Assembly (NCBI GenBank): GCA_964016885.1
Contig: OZ024740.1
Coordinates: forward strand, 315,394,001 to 315,458,000
Length of the DNA: 64,000 nt
Origin: Eledone cirrhosa
Lineage: Eukaryota
Reading direction: 5' to 3'
Shown here piece after piece: positions 26,905-39,218 of the stretch; the first letter of the stretch is position 1, and the number at the start of each line of letters is the position of its first letter. Below the pieces are notes generated by a model. The model saw only the letters and a program-made list of their open reading frames with translations, did not search any database and was not told the DNA's origin. Both the position numbers and the translations under genes were made by a program.

Positions 26905-27061
26905 TTCAAGCATGTGTTGATTAATTCCCGAAATATATATATATATCAGCGACTATGAATAAACGAAGTTAATTTTAACCTGTTAATTTACACTTCTTGT
27001 TTATATATATATATATGTATATAGATATATATGTATATAGATATATATATGTGTGTGTGTG

Positions 27062-27209
<148 letters not shown>

Positions 27210-27719
27210 AAGTATGACCTTCAAATACATATATCTGAATGTAAATATACCTAGAACAAACGCAAAGTATTTATTGAATGCCCTAAACATAAATAATACA
27301 CTCAGAAAACAAAGCCATCAATAACCAAGGTATATAGTGGATAAGACATCGAATTCCAAACTCGTAATTAATACATTCATAAAAACAAAGCCAATAATGA
27401 ACAAAATATCTATACTAGAATTAAGACATCCTCAATAACCCCTACTTCAGAAATCATCGATACTCCACCCCTACCCTACCCAAACCGGTCTATGGGGGAG
27501 ACGGACTTTTTCAAGCTACAGCCGTCAAATTACGCAGATTCTGTATAAGAATAGACATTAAACAATATCTATTATATATATATACTGTATATACTCGTAT
27601 AAAAGTCGAATATTTTAGATCATCTCTTTAAGGTTAAATTTATGGTGTCGACTATTACATGGATACTTGAAATTCATACTACATTCCAGTGTACCGTAAC
27701 AGAAGCAGAAGCCCAACTG

Positions 27720-27935
27720 ATCTGATGAACTGAAGAGAAAAACTGAGTATATGACGAATCAGATATAGTGTACAAGAGAGAAGACTGCGTTGGTATGGAC
27801 ATGTGATGCATGGATAATGATCGCTGGGTGAAGAAGTGCCAAGATTTTACAGTGAAAAGAAACCCAGTAGAAGAAAACTAAGGAAGATTTGGGAGGAAGT
27901 AGGGGAAGCTGATCTCAATCGCTGAAGCTCACATG
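27720..27935 (+). mobile_element. RTE LINE 3' fragment
   Basis: VQERRLRWYGHVM...DRWVKKC...RKIWEEV. Confidence 0.7.
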
Positions 27936-28094
27936 GGAGAAATAAAAATAAAAATGAAAATAAAGTTAAAAATGAAAGTAAATCAGAAAGAGAAGTCTGT
28001 AAAGAGGATAATTTAAGGAAAGTGAAGAACAAAAGTTTATGGAGGATAAGTATCTGAAAGTGAGTTAAGTTTATATGAGCTGGAAAGCAAGTGT

Positions 28095-28745
28095 GATTTG
28101 ATGTGTGGGCAACTGGTGAAAATTTCTGTTTTTGTATTTAGGCAGGTTTTTGGCGATTCAAGGTTCTGTAAAATCCAATATTTTTTCACTTATGCAGAGT
28201 GTGCATCTTCTTGTTCCTCTTGCATATTCTTTAGATTGGTTCAAAATTGACCAATCCAATTTATATTGGCTACCTTGGTCTTTCAAATCCCATATTCTGC
28301 TAGCCAGTGCTGTTGTAAATCTTTTTTCTGGATGTCGGAAAGATGCGACATGTGAGTAATAACGCGTTTTGAATTTGTCTTGTGTCATACCCACATATCG
28401 TTCGCTGGTGGCTGGTAGGTTGTTGTTGATGGTTGTCACTTTAGCCGCATATACAATGGCTTTGGTGTTGCATTTACTTTGTAATGAGCATTCACTTTTG
28501 ACTCTACAGGAGCAATTTTGATGTTCTCTGGGTGATTTCTTATTGATGATATAAGATTTAATAGGGGGACCGCAGGAGTAGCTAATTTTGGCACAGTTTC
28601 TATTGAAGATCTTATAGTATCTATGTTCTAGGGAAATGTTTATCTAAGAGCTCTAGGAATATTTTGCCTACATTAGTTTTAACTGCTAGAGAATAGTGGG
28701 GGGGGGGGTGAACCAGATTGTTTTTTCTTTTCCTATTATTATGGG
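28095..28745 (-). pseudogene. Penelope-like (Naiad-type) GIY-YIG C-terminal fragment, frameshifted
   Basis: IWFxPPxYS, CSCRVKSECSL, AIVYAAKV...RYVGMT..FKTRYYSH, ALASRIWDLK, CTLCISEK. Confidence 0.85.
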
Positions 28746-28817
28746 TGTTTTTTGCCCGTTAAACTCTTGCCTTTCTTGAGGAGATTTTTCAAAAATTTCA
28801 CTATGTTTTAAATTGCC

Positions 28818-29290
28818 TTGTCCGATGAACGAATGAGGACGTTTTTCGTATTCGTCTTATTCGGGAAACCTCTGGTAATATTGTATTGTTTATTAGACAT
28901 TAAATTTAGCTCTGGTACTTACATAGAGCACTCTTCACTCCTATGACTTTTTCAATTTTCAACAGAAACTTCAATACTTATACAGCTCCCAAGGGAATGA
29001 TCGTAGCATATTCTACATTTTTATGAGATTGGCATCTTCCAGCCCTTTTAAAGTCGAGCACTCTTCAGTCAATAGGATTTTAAACCAATACTGAACATGG
29101 ATAAATATCCTTTGGATTACTCTATCAAGAATATCCCAACACCTTCTAACACTTCCTACACGAAAATGTTGATAGACAAAGTAGAGAAAGTTGTTAAAAG
29201 AATGAGATGGAAAGCTTTGATTCTCGATGGACACTTTGACACGGACTCTACGGAACATTTTGATATCAAAAGTCATGAATACCTGCAAAG
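28818..29290 (+). mobile_element. Penelope-like hammerhead, 5' UTR and ORF N-terminus, cut off by (TA)n
   Basis: CCGATGA...GAAA-cc-tct-gg-TA at 28822-28880. The ORF from 29097 reads MDKYPLDYSIKNIPTP...KRMRWKA, a typical Naiad-type N-terminus. Confidence 0.8.
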
Positions 29291-29291
29291 A

Positions 29292-29294
<3 letters not shown>

Positions 29295-29374
<80 letters not shown>

Positions 29375-29459
29375 TTATATATTTATAAATTTATATATAT
29401 ATAAATTTATATATATATAAATTTATATATATATAAATTTATTATATATATATATATAA

Positions 29460-29527
<68 letters not shown>

Positions 29528-29668
29528 AATTTATATATATATAAATTTATATATATATAAATTTATATATATATAAAATATATATATATATATAAATATA
29601 TATAAATTTATATATATATAAATTTATATATATATAAATTTATATATATATAAATTTATATATATATA
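29295..29668. repeat. (TA)n with reiterated palindromic ataaatttat units
   Basis: Units of about 18 bp, atatatataaatttat(at), inside the TA tract. Confidence 0.9.
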
Positions 29669-30214
29669 AACGGAAAAAATGAAACGAAATTTCATTTCTC
29701 ACTCTTAGTACGGCTGTTACTTAAATATAAGTATGTACACGTACATACATATATGTATACAGACGTACAGTAGTATGTATATATATATACATACATGCAC
29801 ACATATATATATGTACGTATGGATTCACCGAACATTTATTATAATGCTCGGTGTGCTTGTAAACACCCGGCCGATTAACTCACTCGGTATGCAAATTAGG
29901 CTGCTCAGCCGTTAATATGCATAAGGAAAGTATATACTTTCAGACGTTCAATCATCTGGCAGGAAGGTATACGTTGCTGACGATAGCTAATAAGCTTGAA
30001 ACTAGTACAGCGTTCCTTTGTCAGTGTTGAACAAATGAGCAACGATGGTTACTAGACACTGTACGGCTTAATTCGGGATGTTTGTTTACAAACACACCGA
30101 GCATTATAATAAATGTTCGGTAAATCCATACGTACATATATATATGTGTACATGTATATATATATATACATACTACTGTACGTCTGTATACATATATGTA
30201 TGTACGTATACATA

Positions 30215-30220
<6 letters not shown>
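29669..30220. mobile_element. Family G fold-back insertion
   Basis: A minus-strand arm with tail (29669-29865) joined head-to-head to a plus-strand arm (29866-30220). The plus arm has the hammerhead and ends at catacttata|TA. Confidence 0.85.
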
Positions 30221-30277
<57 letters not shown>

Positions 30278-30280
<3 letters not shown>

Positions 30281-30322
30281 CCTTATCGAGCCCTCTTCGG
30301 ATTTTAGTCTTCACATTTATTA

Positions 30323-30326
<4 letters not shown>
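30278..30326 (+). mobile_element. Family L terminal 50 nt between (TA)n tracts
   Basis: atccttatcgagccctct..ggattttagtcttc is the reverse complement of 51590-51634. Confidence 0.7.
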
Positions 30327-30383
<57 letters not shown>

Positions 30384-32751
30384 AAGTTAAATAAAAGTCA
30401 AATGATTAAAATTTAGCTTCGTTTATTACTGCTATATATATTTCAGTGACAGCCATCTTTGGCTGTGACCTCTTCAGGCAGTTTGAATTAGTATGGTATA
30501 GACAAGTACATATGTTGTTTAGGTGTATGATATTGTCAATACTCTGATATGCCCAGTTCCTTGTTGGGTTGTTAATTCACTGGGGAACTGGAGTCATATG
30601 AATTCAAACAAACGAATTTTAGTGTCACAGGTCCCCTTCTCCTCTCATTGGTCAGTTATTAGTGTGGTCATTGTTGGAGTTAGCTTAAAAAATTGATAAA
30701 ATGGTAGAAGGGACAAGGTGTTGAAGGAACAAAATATCAAAAAATGTGTCAAACTTCCCATTGTTCAGTTCTGAGAGCATTCCTCAGTCAGAAGTCTATA
30801 GAATTCTTTCTGGGGTGAGGCTCCCTGTAGTGTTTATGCCTGCTATTGTTCAGTACATTTGACCTCCACCATTATTTTGGTACTGTTGTTGTTGTAGTGG
30901 TCAGCTTATATCTTGCTGCTGCTAACAATTTAGAAGTATTCAGTTTGTGTTTTCTTTTCATCCCACCCGCCACCATCGTAGTGGTGGTGGCGGGGGGGGG
31001 GGGGTTATTTCATGTATATGAAGAAATATAAGGCAATAAATGAAGAAAACAGAAGATAAATAAATAATATAATAAAATAAAATAATTAATATAATTTGTG
31101 TAATTTGAAAATAAATAAATAAATAGAGAATAAAGAATAAAGAGTAAATGAGAGATTGGTGAAAAAGTAATGATAATGTATATGGAGAAGTGAGAAATAA
31201 TGTAGGATAAAGTGTGTGTGTGTGTGTGCTATAACCAATCTCAAGGTCAGAATATGTTGGATAGATTGGTATGATACAAGATGTTAAGATGAGATATTCA
31301 ATGTGTTTGTGTTATAATCTATCTCAACTTAAAATAAATATAAATATAAGGTTATACAGTGAAGAGGGCAGAAAACAAATAACAAATTAATATAGAGAAA
31401 TCAAGATTTAAGATTGGAACTTTAAAGTCAGAAATCTGGTAAATTAAAAGTGTTTGTGTTATAGATGTTGGCCAGATTATTATGGCTGTGTCCGATTCTG
31501 TCTCTAGGCTATCATGGTGTCTGCTCCGCCTGGGTTGTTCCCTATGGCTTGAGGGGAGTTCACAACCTAGGGTGTTGTAATTGTCCATATAGCTTGAGGG
31601 AGGTCTGGCCGAGAGGTGTTTTCATGTTCTGTAGAAGTCCCTATAGCTTGAGGGGAGTTCACATCTTCTTGTGTTGCTACTGTCCATATATTTTGAGAAA
31701 GGTCCCGGCTCTAAGGTGTCTGCATGTCCCGAAGAAGTCGGTTCTGAGGTTTATCAGGCCGCTTCCACCTCTTAGTATCTCGAGGGTCTCGTTCAGGCAT
31801 AGTTTGCATATGCAAGATCCCCCTTTATCGGGTGGTACTTTCCTGATTATGTACCAGGCCAGAGAGTATGGGGTCCTGTCCAGCTTAAGCTTCCAGATCA
31901 GGTCGGAGAGAGCTGTGCTTTTCCTTTTGGCCTCCTTCTTGAATGAATGGCGATGGTTGTACCAGCGGTCCTTAAAGCTCGTTGATGTGGCTCCTATGTA
32001 GATGTGTTCGGAGTTGGGGGTTTTAACCCTACAACCGTACACTATGTTCTTCTTGAGACATTCATTACCAAGGGGGCATGATTCGGGGTTTCTACAGTTG
32101 CAGAGGGTGGGCGGCCTCTGCGTTCTTAGATTAGGGTTCTCATTATGTGTTACATGTTGGTCTTCCCCCATGCTCGGTGGGGGGTCCTTGGGTCTGTTTG
32201 TGTTTCTTGGGTGGGCTCTGGGTCCCCCCTTCCCTCCTTTCACATGGTTCTGCTGAGTGTTTGTATTGCCATCTTCTGGTTGTTTGTGGTTTTTAAGCCT
32301 ACTTCTGTTGATGCTAGCTATGTGTTGGGCCAAATTTCTCGTGGTGGAATACGAAAGCTTCACAGTGTGTCTGTTGAAGATCCTGTGGTATCTGTGGTCC
32401 CTCGGGAAGCATTTGTCAAGTGCTCCAAAGAACAATCGGGCCAAGCTTTTCTTTAGGGCCGCTGAGTAGGGTGGGTTGTACCACGTGATTTGTCGGTGTC
32501 TCCTCCTATATGTGTGGGTTGGGGGCTTCGTGATTTGTTGGAGATTTGTATAACATATAGTCCGAAAAGCCGGGAGGTGGATAGCCCAACAGACACCCAC
32601 AACCGCGTTACCAGAGGGGGGAGGGCGAACCCTAACAATACAGGCAGAGCAAAATCAAATAGGCACCATGTACCAGACACCACCACACGGGCGGTGGGGA
32701 CTAGTGCGCTTGACCACGAGATGGAGCACAATATGAGTAGCAGTCTCAGGC

Positions 32752-33813
32752 GTGATGCTAACTACCCCAGGACAGACAACCCCAACCGCAGGACACGTGG
32801 GGGGGGGAGGAAACGGGCGACCACCCCACGATGGATCTCCCGGGGCAGACAACAACCACCCCACAAATCCGGGCCGTGAAGATAACAGAAAGTATAGAGC
32901 CCAAAAGGGAAGCAACAGTGCGGAAACCACCAGCAAACCAACAAATCTCCAACAAATCACGAAGCCCCCAACCCACACATATAGGAGGAGACACCGACAA
33001 ATCACGTGGTACAACCCACCCTACTCAGCGGCCCTAAAGAAAAGCTTGGTCCGATTGTTCTTTGGAGCACTTGACAAATGCTTCCCGAGGGACCACAGAT
33101 ACCACAGGATCTTCAACAGACACACTGTGAAGCTTTCGTATTCCACCACGAGAAATTTGGCCCAACACATAGCTAGCATCAACAGAAGTAGGCTTAAAAA
33201 CCACAAACAACCAGAAGATGGCAATACAAACACTCAGCAGAACCATGTGAAAGGAGGGAAGGGGGGACCCAGAGCCCACCCAAGAAACACAAACAGACCC
33301 AAGGACCCCCCACCGAGCATGGGGGAAGACCAACATGTAACACATAATGAGAACCCTAATCTAAGAACGCAGAGGCCGCCCACCCTCTGCAACTGTAGAA
33401 ACCCCGAATCATGCCCCCTTGGTAATGAATGTCTCAAGAAGAACATAGTGTACGGTTGTAGGGTTAAAACCCCCAACTCCGAACACATCTACATAGGAGC
33501 CACATCAACGAGCTTTAAGGACCGCTGGTACAACCATCGCCATTCATTCAAGAAGGAGGCCAAAAGGAAAAGCACAGCTCTCTCCGACCTGATCTGGAAG
33601 CTTAAGCTGGACAGGACCCCATACTCTCTGGCCTGGTACATAATCAGGAAAGTACCACCCGATAAAGGGGGATCTTGCATATGCAAACTATGCCTGAACG
33701 AGACCCTCGAGATACTAAGAGGTGGAAGCGGCCTGATAAACCTCAGAACCGACTTCTTCGGGACATGCAGACACCTTAGAGCCGGGACCTTTCTCAAAAT
33801 ATATGGACAGTAG
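32752..33813 (+). pseudogene. 5'-truncated Penelope-like ORF: linker plus GIY-YIG endonuclease (mirror at 31677-32549, minus strand)
   Basis: ITWYNPPYS, IFNRHTVKLSYS, CNCRxxxxCPL, NIVYGC...IYIGAT..FKDRWYNH, CKLCLNE, CRH. The RT domain is missing. Confidence 0.9.
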
Positions 33814-35007
33814 CAACACAAGAAGATGTGAACTCCCCTCAAGCTATAGGGACTTCTACAGAACATGAAAACACCTCTCGGCCAGACCTCCCTCAAGCTA
33901 TATGGACAATTACAACACCCTAGGTTGTGAACTCCCCTCAAGCCATAGGGAACAACCCAGGCGGAGCAGACACCATGATAGCCTAGAGACAGAATCGGAC
34001 ACAGCCATAATAATCTGGCCAACATCTATAACACAAACACTTTTAATTTACCAGATTTCTGACTTTAAAGTTCCAATCTTAAATCTTGATTTCTCTATAT
34101 TAATTTGTTATTTGTTTTCTGCCCTCTTCACTGTATAACCTTATATTTATATTTATTTTAAGTTGAGATAGATTATAACACAAACACATTGAATATCTCA
34201 TCTTAACATCTTGTATCATACCAATCTATCCAACATATTCTGACCTTGAGATTGGTTATAGCACACACACACACACACTTTATCCTACATTATTTCTCAC
34301 TTCTCCATATACATTATCATTACTTTTTCACCAATCTCTCATTTACTCTTTATTCTTTATTCTCTATTTATTTATTTATTTTCAAATTACACAAATTATA
34401 TTAATTATTTTATTTTATTATATTATTTATTTATCTTCTGTTTTCTTCATTTATTGCCTTATATTTCTTCATATACATGAAATAACCCCCCCCCCCCCGC
34501 CACCACCACTACGATGGTGGCGGGTGGGATGAAAAGAAAACACAAACTGAATACTTCTAAATTGTTAGCAGCAGCAAGATATAAGCTGACCACTACAACA
34601 ACAACAGTACCAAAATAATGGTGGAGGTCAAATGTACTGAACAATAGCAGGCATAAACACTACAGGGAGCCTCACCCCAGAAAGAATTCTATAGACTTCT
34701 GACTGAGGAATGCTCTCAGAACTGAACAATGGGAAGTTTGACACATTTTTTGATATTTTGTTCCTTCAACACCTTGTCCCTTCTACCATTTTATCAATTT
34801 TTTAAGCTAACTCCAACAATGACCACACTAATAACTGACCAATGAGAGGAGAAGGGGACCTGTGACACTAAAATTCGTTTGTTTGAATTCATATGACTCC
34901 AGTTCCCCAGTGAATTAACAACCCAACAAGGAACTGGGCATATCAGAGTATTGACAATATCATACACCTAAACAACATATGTACTTGTCTATACCATACT
35001 AATTCAA

Positions 35008-35062
35008 ACTGCCTGAAGAGGTCACAGCCAAAGATGGCTGTCACTGAAATATATATAGCAGT
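35008..35062 (+). ncRNA. Type I hammerhead, family A (mirror at 30428-30482, minus strand)
   Basis: actgc-CTGAAGA-ggtcacagcca-aaga-tggctgtcact-GAAA-tatata-TA-gcagt. Helix III is pure (AT)n. Confidence 0.9.
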
Positions 35063-35208
35063 AATAAACGAAGCTAAATTTTAATCATTTGACTTTTATT
35101 TAACTTTATTTTACACTACTCCGGAGTAACCAAACCAACCTGCGCACTTCGTCGAGTGCTCCAGCCTGCATACTGAGGTGTTGGTATACAACCAACATAA
35201 ACTCAAAA

Positions 35209-35281
<73 letters not shown>

Positions 35282-35987
35282 CGAAGGAAATGTGGTAAGG
35301 AACCAGGTGGACCATAACGCACCAAAGTACTCAATACTTGAGGTAGTAGAGTGGGTAATAGGAACCAGTAAGACCCCGACAGCTGAGCTCAAGCCGTTTC
35401 GACGGCTAATTCTGGACTAAATGAAAATTTATCCTGGTATTTAAATAGCCGATCTTCTCAAGGGGTAATTCCATATATGGTCAAAGTGATTGTCAAAAAT
35501 CAGTAGTAATTCTGTGGTTGCAAATTAGTAGGGGAGATGGTGGCTAAACCTGCCAGTAGGAGAAAGAGGGGTGGGGGTGGAGTAGACCCAATCAAGCGTT
35601 GGTAGTGCCAGCTACAGCTGGGCATGAGGTCAAAGAAGATACAGGGGAGGAGGAGGGGGAGGAAGTCGGAACGGTAGGTAGAACAATGGGGGGTAGAAAT
35701 ATATAGGAAAGAAAAAATACTGAGAGTGAAGAAAAGCAAATAAGTGTAAAGAAAAAAGTAAAGTAAATTAAATTCTACGACCTAGGTCTCTAGCTATTGT
35801 TAGGCTAGAATAAATAAATAAATAAAGAAAGAAAGAAGTAAAGAAGGAAATAAAGAAATAACGAAATAAGTAAAAGAACTAGGTGGGACAGAATAGGCAA
35901 GGACCCTTTTAAGAGGTATAAGTACGTAAATGATACGGTGGCGGGTCAACAAAAGGGGCCAAAATACTAAAGAGACTACCACGAAAA

Positions 35988-38009
35988 TACTATTGCGACA
36001 ACCAAGACTTCGGCACCAAGGAGAGATTCGGATTTATTACCTACAAATCTCCGCCCCTGAACCCCTTGCTCGCACCCTTCGAGAATGACCTCTTCCAACT
36101 GGTCAAGAACATTAAATTTAAACCCAGACACAACCGATTCCTACAAAAACTCCGTAGCAACTTAACAGAGTATGATAACACAAATGACATCATGGTGCAT
36201 TCGGATAAAACTGGGAACCTATACTTTGTCAACCCTGACAGATACCACACACTGATCAGGAGCAGCCTAAACTCCACCTATAAAAAGGCCAACTACTCTT
36301 GCATCGAGGACATAAATCGAGATGGACAACAAATCACCTCCAGCCTCGGGGTCGCCGACCGCACGGAACCTCTAGACCCACGGACACCATACTTCACACT
36401 GAAGGACCACAAATCCGATTTTGACTGTAAACCCTCTATCAGGCTTATTAACCCAACGAAGTCCGACATAGGGAGAATCAGCAAAAAAATCCTAGACCGC
36501 GTGATACCAAAAGTCAAGCAACACACCCGACTTAGCCTATGGATCAACACCCAGGAAGTAATCTCCTGGTTCAGCAATATGGAGGATAAACGAGAAACTA
36601 AATTCATACAGTTCGACATAGAGAGCTACTATGCTTCAATCACCTTACCGCTACTTACTGCCGCCTTGGACTTCGCCGAAACACTTGTGCCCATCACCGA
36701 CCAGGAAAGAAAAATCATCTTCCACGCCAGGAAGACAGTCTTACTCTTTGACGACTCTAAATGGATAAAAAGAGCTCCCGACTCACCCTTCGACGTCAGC
36801 ATGGGCGCCACGGATTCGGCGGAGGTCACAGATCTTATAGGATTATTCCTAATAGCCAAACTCACTGATATGTTTCCTGCATTCGGTGGTGGATTGTACC
36901 GTGATGATGGGCTCCTTACCCTTAAAGGGTACAACCCCAGTAGTACAGATCGGGTTCGGAAACAATTAATCAGATTCTTCCGCGACTGGGGATTTAAAAT
37001 AACCCTACAAACGTCCCTGACCCGAGTAAACTTCCTGGACGTGACCCTCGACCTCGAAAACGACCTGTACTACCCATACAGGAAACCTAATGACAATCTG
37101 CACTACATCCACCGCCGATCAAACCATCCTAGGAACATCACAAACAACCTGGTCAAAAACATCTCCCTCCGCATATCCCGTTTGTCAGCTAATGGGCGGA
37201 TATTCGATGAACATGCGCCTTATTACAACCAGGCCCTCAAGCGGAGTGGTTTCCGGGAGGAAATATCCTACTGTCCAGCTCCCATTAGCGGAACCAGCAG
37301 GAGACACCGCCGCTCACGCAATGTAACATGGTTCAATCCTCCCCACAACGCAGAGGTGACAACTCCCATCGGGAAACTATTCTTTAGGCTCATTGAAAAA
37401 CACTTCCCATTACAACACCGCTACCACAACATAATTAACAAAAATACCATCAAACTCTCTTACAGCACTACACCAAACTTCGCACAAAACATCGTCTCCT
37501 CTAACAACAAAAAACTCAACCCCGATGGCAGAAATAACCTAAATAGCAGTGGAGAACCGACCAGGAGGTGTAACTGCCCGGATAGATCTATTTGCCCACT
37601 CGACAATAGATGCAGAGACCGTAATGTGATCTACCAGTGCAACGTGAGGACGGATACCTCCAACAAAGCCTATATAGGACTTACCGCATGTGACTTCAAG
37701 ACCCGGCTATACCAACATAGACATACCTTCCGAAACCCGGCCCGGCGTCACGCCACTACACTTTCGGGCCACATATGGGACCTCAAGGACAACAACATCA
37801 CCTATGATCTCACTTGGAGATTACTGTCCAGAGCCAATTCTTACACGGGAGGACGCCGTCCGTGCAATTTATGCTCGGAGGAAACTTTACAAATGCTGTT
37901 TTCGACGGACCAACTCCTAAACAAGAAAGATGAACTGGTTACTGCATGTAAACATAGATTGCGTAGGACTTACCTCGCCCTCAAACCCCATAATGACCCG
38001 GGGGGGTAG
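35988..38009 (+). CDS. Penelope-like (Naiad-type) reverse transcriptase with C-terminal GIY-YIG endonuclease, N-terminus truncated
   Basis: The frame is open from the inversion junction: YYCDNQDFGTKERFGF..PP..LAPFENDL, SDKT, LKDHK, RLINP, FDIESYY, MGA, GLYRDDGL, FLDV, WFNPP, CNCxxxxxCPL, VIYQC...YIG, CNLC. There is no native ATG, and roughly 40 aa are missing compared with the 29097 N-terminus. Confidence 0.93.
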   Translation, partial: YYCDNQDFGTKERFGFITYKSPPLNPLLAPFENDLFQLVKNIKFKPRHNRFLQKLRSNLTEYDNTNDIMVHSDKTGNLYFVNPDRYHTLIRSSLNSTYKKANYSCIEDINRDGQQITSSLGVADRTEPLDPRTPYFTLKDHKSDFDCKPSIRLINPTKSDIGRISKKILDRVIPKVKQHTRLSLWINTQEVISWFSNMEDKRETKFIQFDIESYYASITLPLLTAALDFAETLVPITDQERKIIFHARKTVLLFDDSKWIKRAPDSPFDVSMGATDSAEVTDLIGLFLIAKLTDMFPAFGGGLYRDDGLLTLKGYNPSSTDRVRKQLIRFFRDWGFKITLQTSLTRVNFLDVTLDLENDLYYPYRKPNDNLHYIHRRSNHPRNITNNLVKNISLRISRLSANGRIFDEHAPYYNQALKRSGFREEISYCPAPISGTSRRHRRSRNVTWFNPPHNAEVTTPIGKLFFRLIEKHFPLQHRYHNIINKNTIKLSYSTTPNFAQNIVSSNNKKLNPDGRNNLNSSGEPTRRCNCPDRSICPLDNRCRDRNVIYQCNVRTDTSNKAYIGLTACDFKTRLYQHRHTFRNPARRHATTLSGHIWDLKDNNITYDLTWRLLSRANSYTGGRRPCNLCSEETLQMLFSTDQLLNKKDELVTACKHRLRRTYLALKPHNDPGG

Positions 38010-39124
38010 ACTAGGGCTATAACACCCCACTTGCCGATTTTGCAATGGGTAACCCCTGCTTGCCAAGGTAGACGTAAGATCTTCTTTGTATCCTTTTATC
38101 GCTTCCTTTATTTCCTTCCCCCCTCTCTCCTTAGTCCTTCTACCCCAGCTCTTCTCCTTTGTCGGCGTCTTTTCTCGCCCACCCGAGGCTGCCCTTTGGC
38201 CCCTTGTAGCCTTAGTACCCCCACCCCCTCCCCTAGTCTATGATAGATTTGGCGGACTCCGCCCTTTATAGCAGTTGGTTTAGACCCCGGATACTTGTCC
38301 CCTTTTTCCGACCGCTCCCACTATTCTCTGTGCCCTCTATATTTCTTAGTGGCACTTACGCCTTATTTTTTCGTTTCAGTATTTCTTTCTTCGCTTTTCT
38401 TTTGGGCGGGGTGGATTCTGAATTTATTTTTCCGTATTCTACCTTTACTTCGTACGAACTTTCATGTAGCTTGTTTTAGATCTTTTAGAGTTAGCATTAG
38501 TATATATTTTTCTCGGGACTCAGAATTATTATCTCGTACTAGTTCACTTTGCTGCACTGGGTGGTTGCTGGCATTGTGCCTGGGATGGAAACCTTTATTG
38601 TTCATTTCGTGGTAGTCTCTTTAGTATTTTGGCCCCTTTTGTTGACCCGCCACCGTATCATTAACGTACTTATACCTCTTAAAAGGGTCCTTGCCTATTC
38701 CGTCCCACCTAGTTCTTTTACTTATTTCGTTATTTCTTTATTTCCTTCTTTACTTCTTTATTTATTTATTTATTTATTTATTCTAGCCTAACAATAGCTA
38801 GAGACCTAGGTCGTAGAATTTAATTTACTTTACTTTTTTCTTTACACTTATTTGCTTTTCTTCACTCTCAGTATTTTTTCTTTCCTATATATTTCTACCC
38901 CCCATTGTTCTACCTACCGTTCCGACTTCCTCCCCCTCCTCCTCCCCTGTATCTTCTTTGACCTCATGCCCAGCTGTAGCTGGCACTACCAACGCTTGAT
39001 TGGGTCTACTCCACCCCCTCCCCTCTTTCTCCTACTGGCAGGTTTAGCCACCATCTCCCCTACTAATTTGCAACCACAGAATTACTACTGATTTTTGACA
39101 ATCACTTTGACCATATATGGAATT

Positions 39125-39218
39125 ACCCCTTGAGAAGATCGGCTATTTAAATACCAGGATAAATTTTCATTTAGTCCAGAATTAGCCGTCGAAACGGCTT
39201 GAGCTCAGCTGTCGGGGT
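39125..39218 (+). ncRNA. Type I hammerhead with U3-A8 variant core, family B (mirror at 35373-35466, minus strand)
   Basis: acccc-TTGAGAA-gatcggcta...tagccgtc-GAAA-cggcttgagctcagct-GTC-ggggt. Confidence 0.8.

Larger units (their letters stand above)
30377..35210. mobile_element. Family A Penelope-like element: 2173-bp inverted duplication (30377-32549 and 32941-35113), 391-bp spacer, tail 35114-35210
   Basis: Coordinates mirror with sum 65490. Each arm holds the GIY-YIG region, a 3' UTR of about 1.2 kb and a hammerhead. No RT is present. (TA)n flanks both ends. Confidence 0.95.

Noticed and set aside
35988-38009. Selenocysteine recoding, known in some Naiad elements
   Set aside because: No in-frame TGA. 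The conserved Cys positions are ordinary Cys codons here and in 32752-33813.
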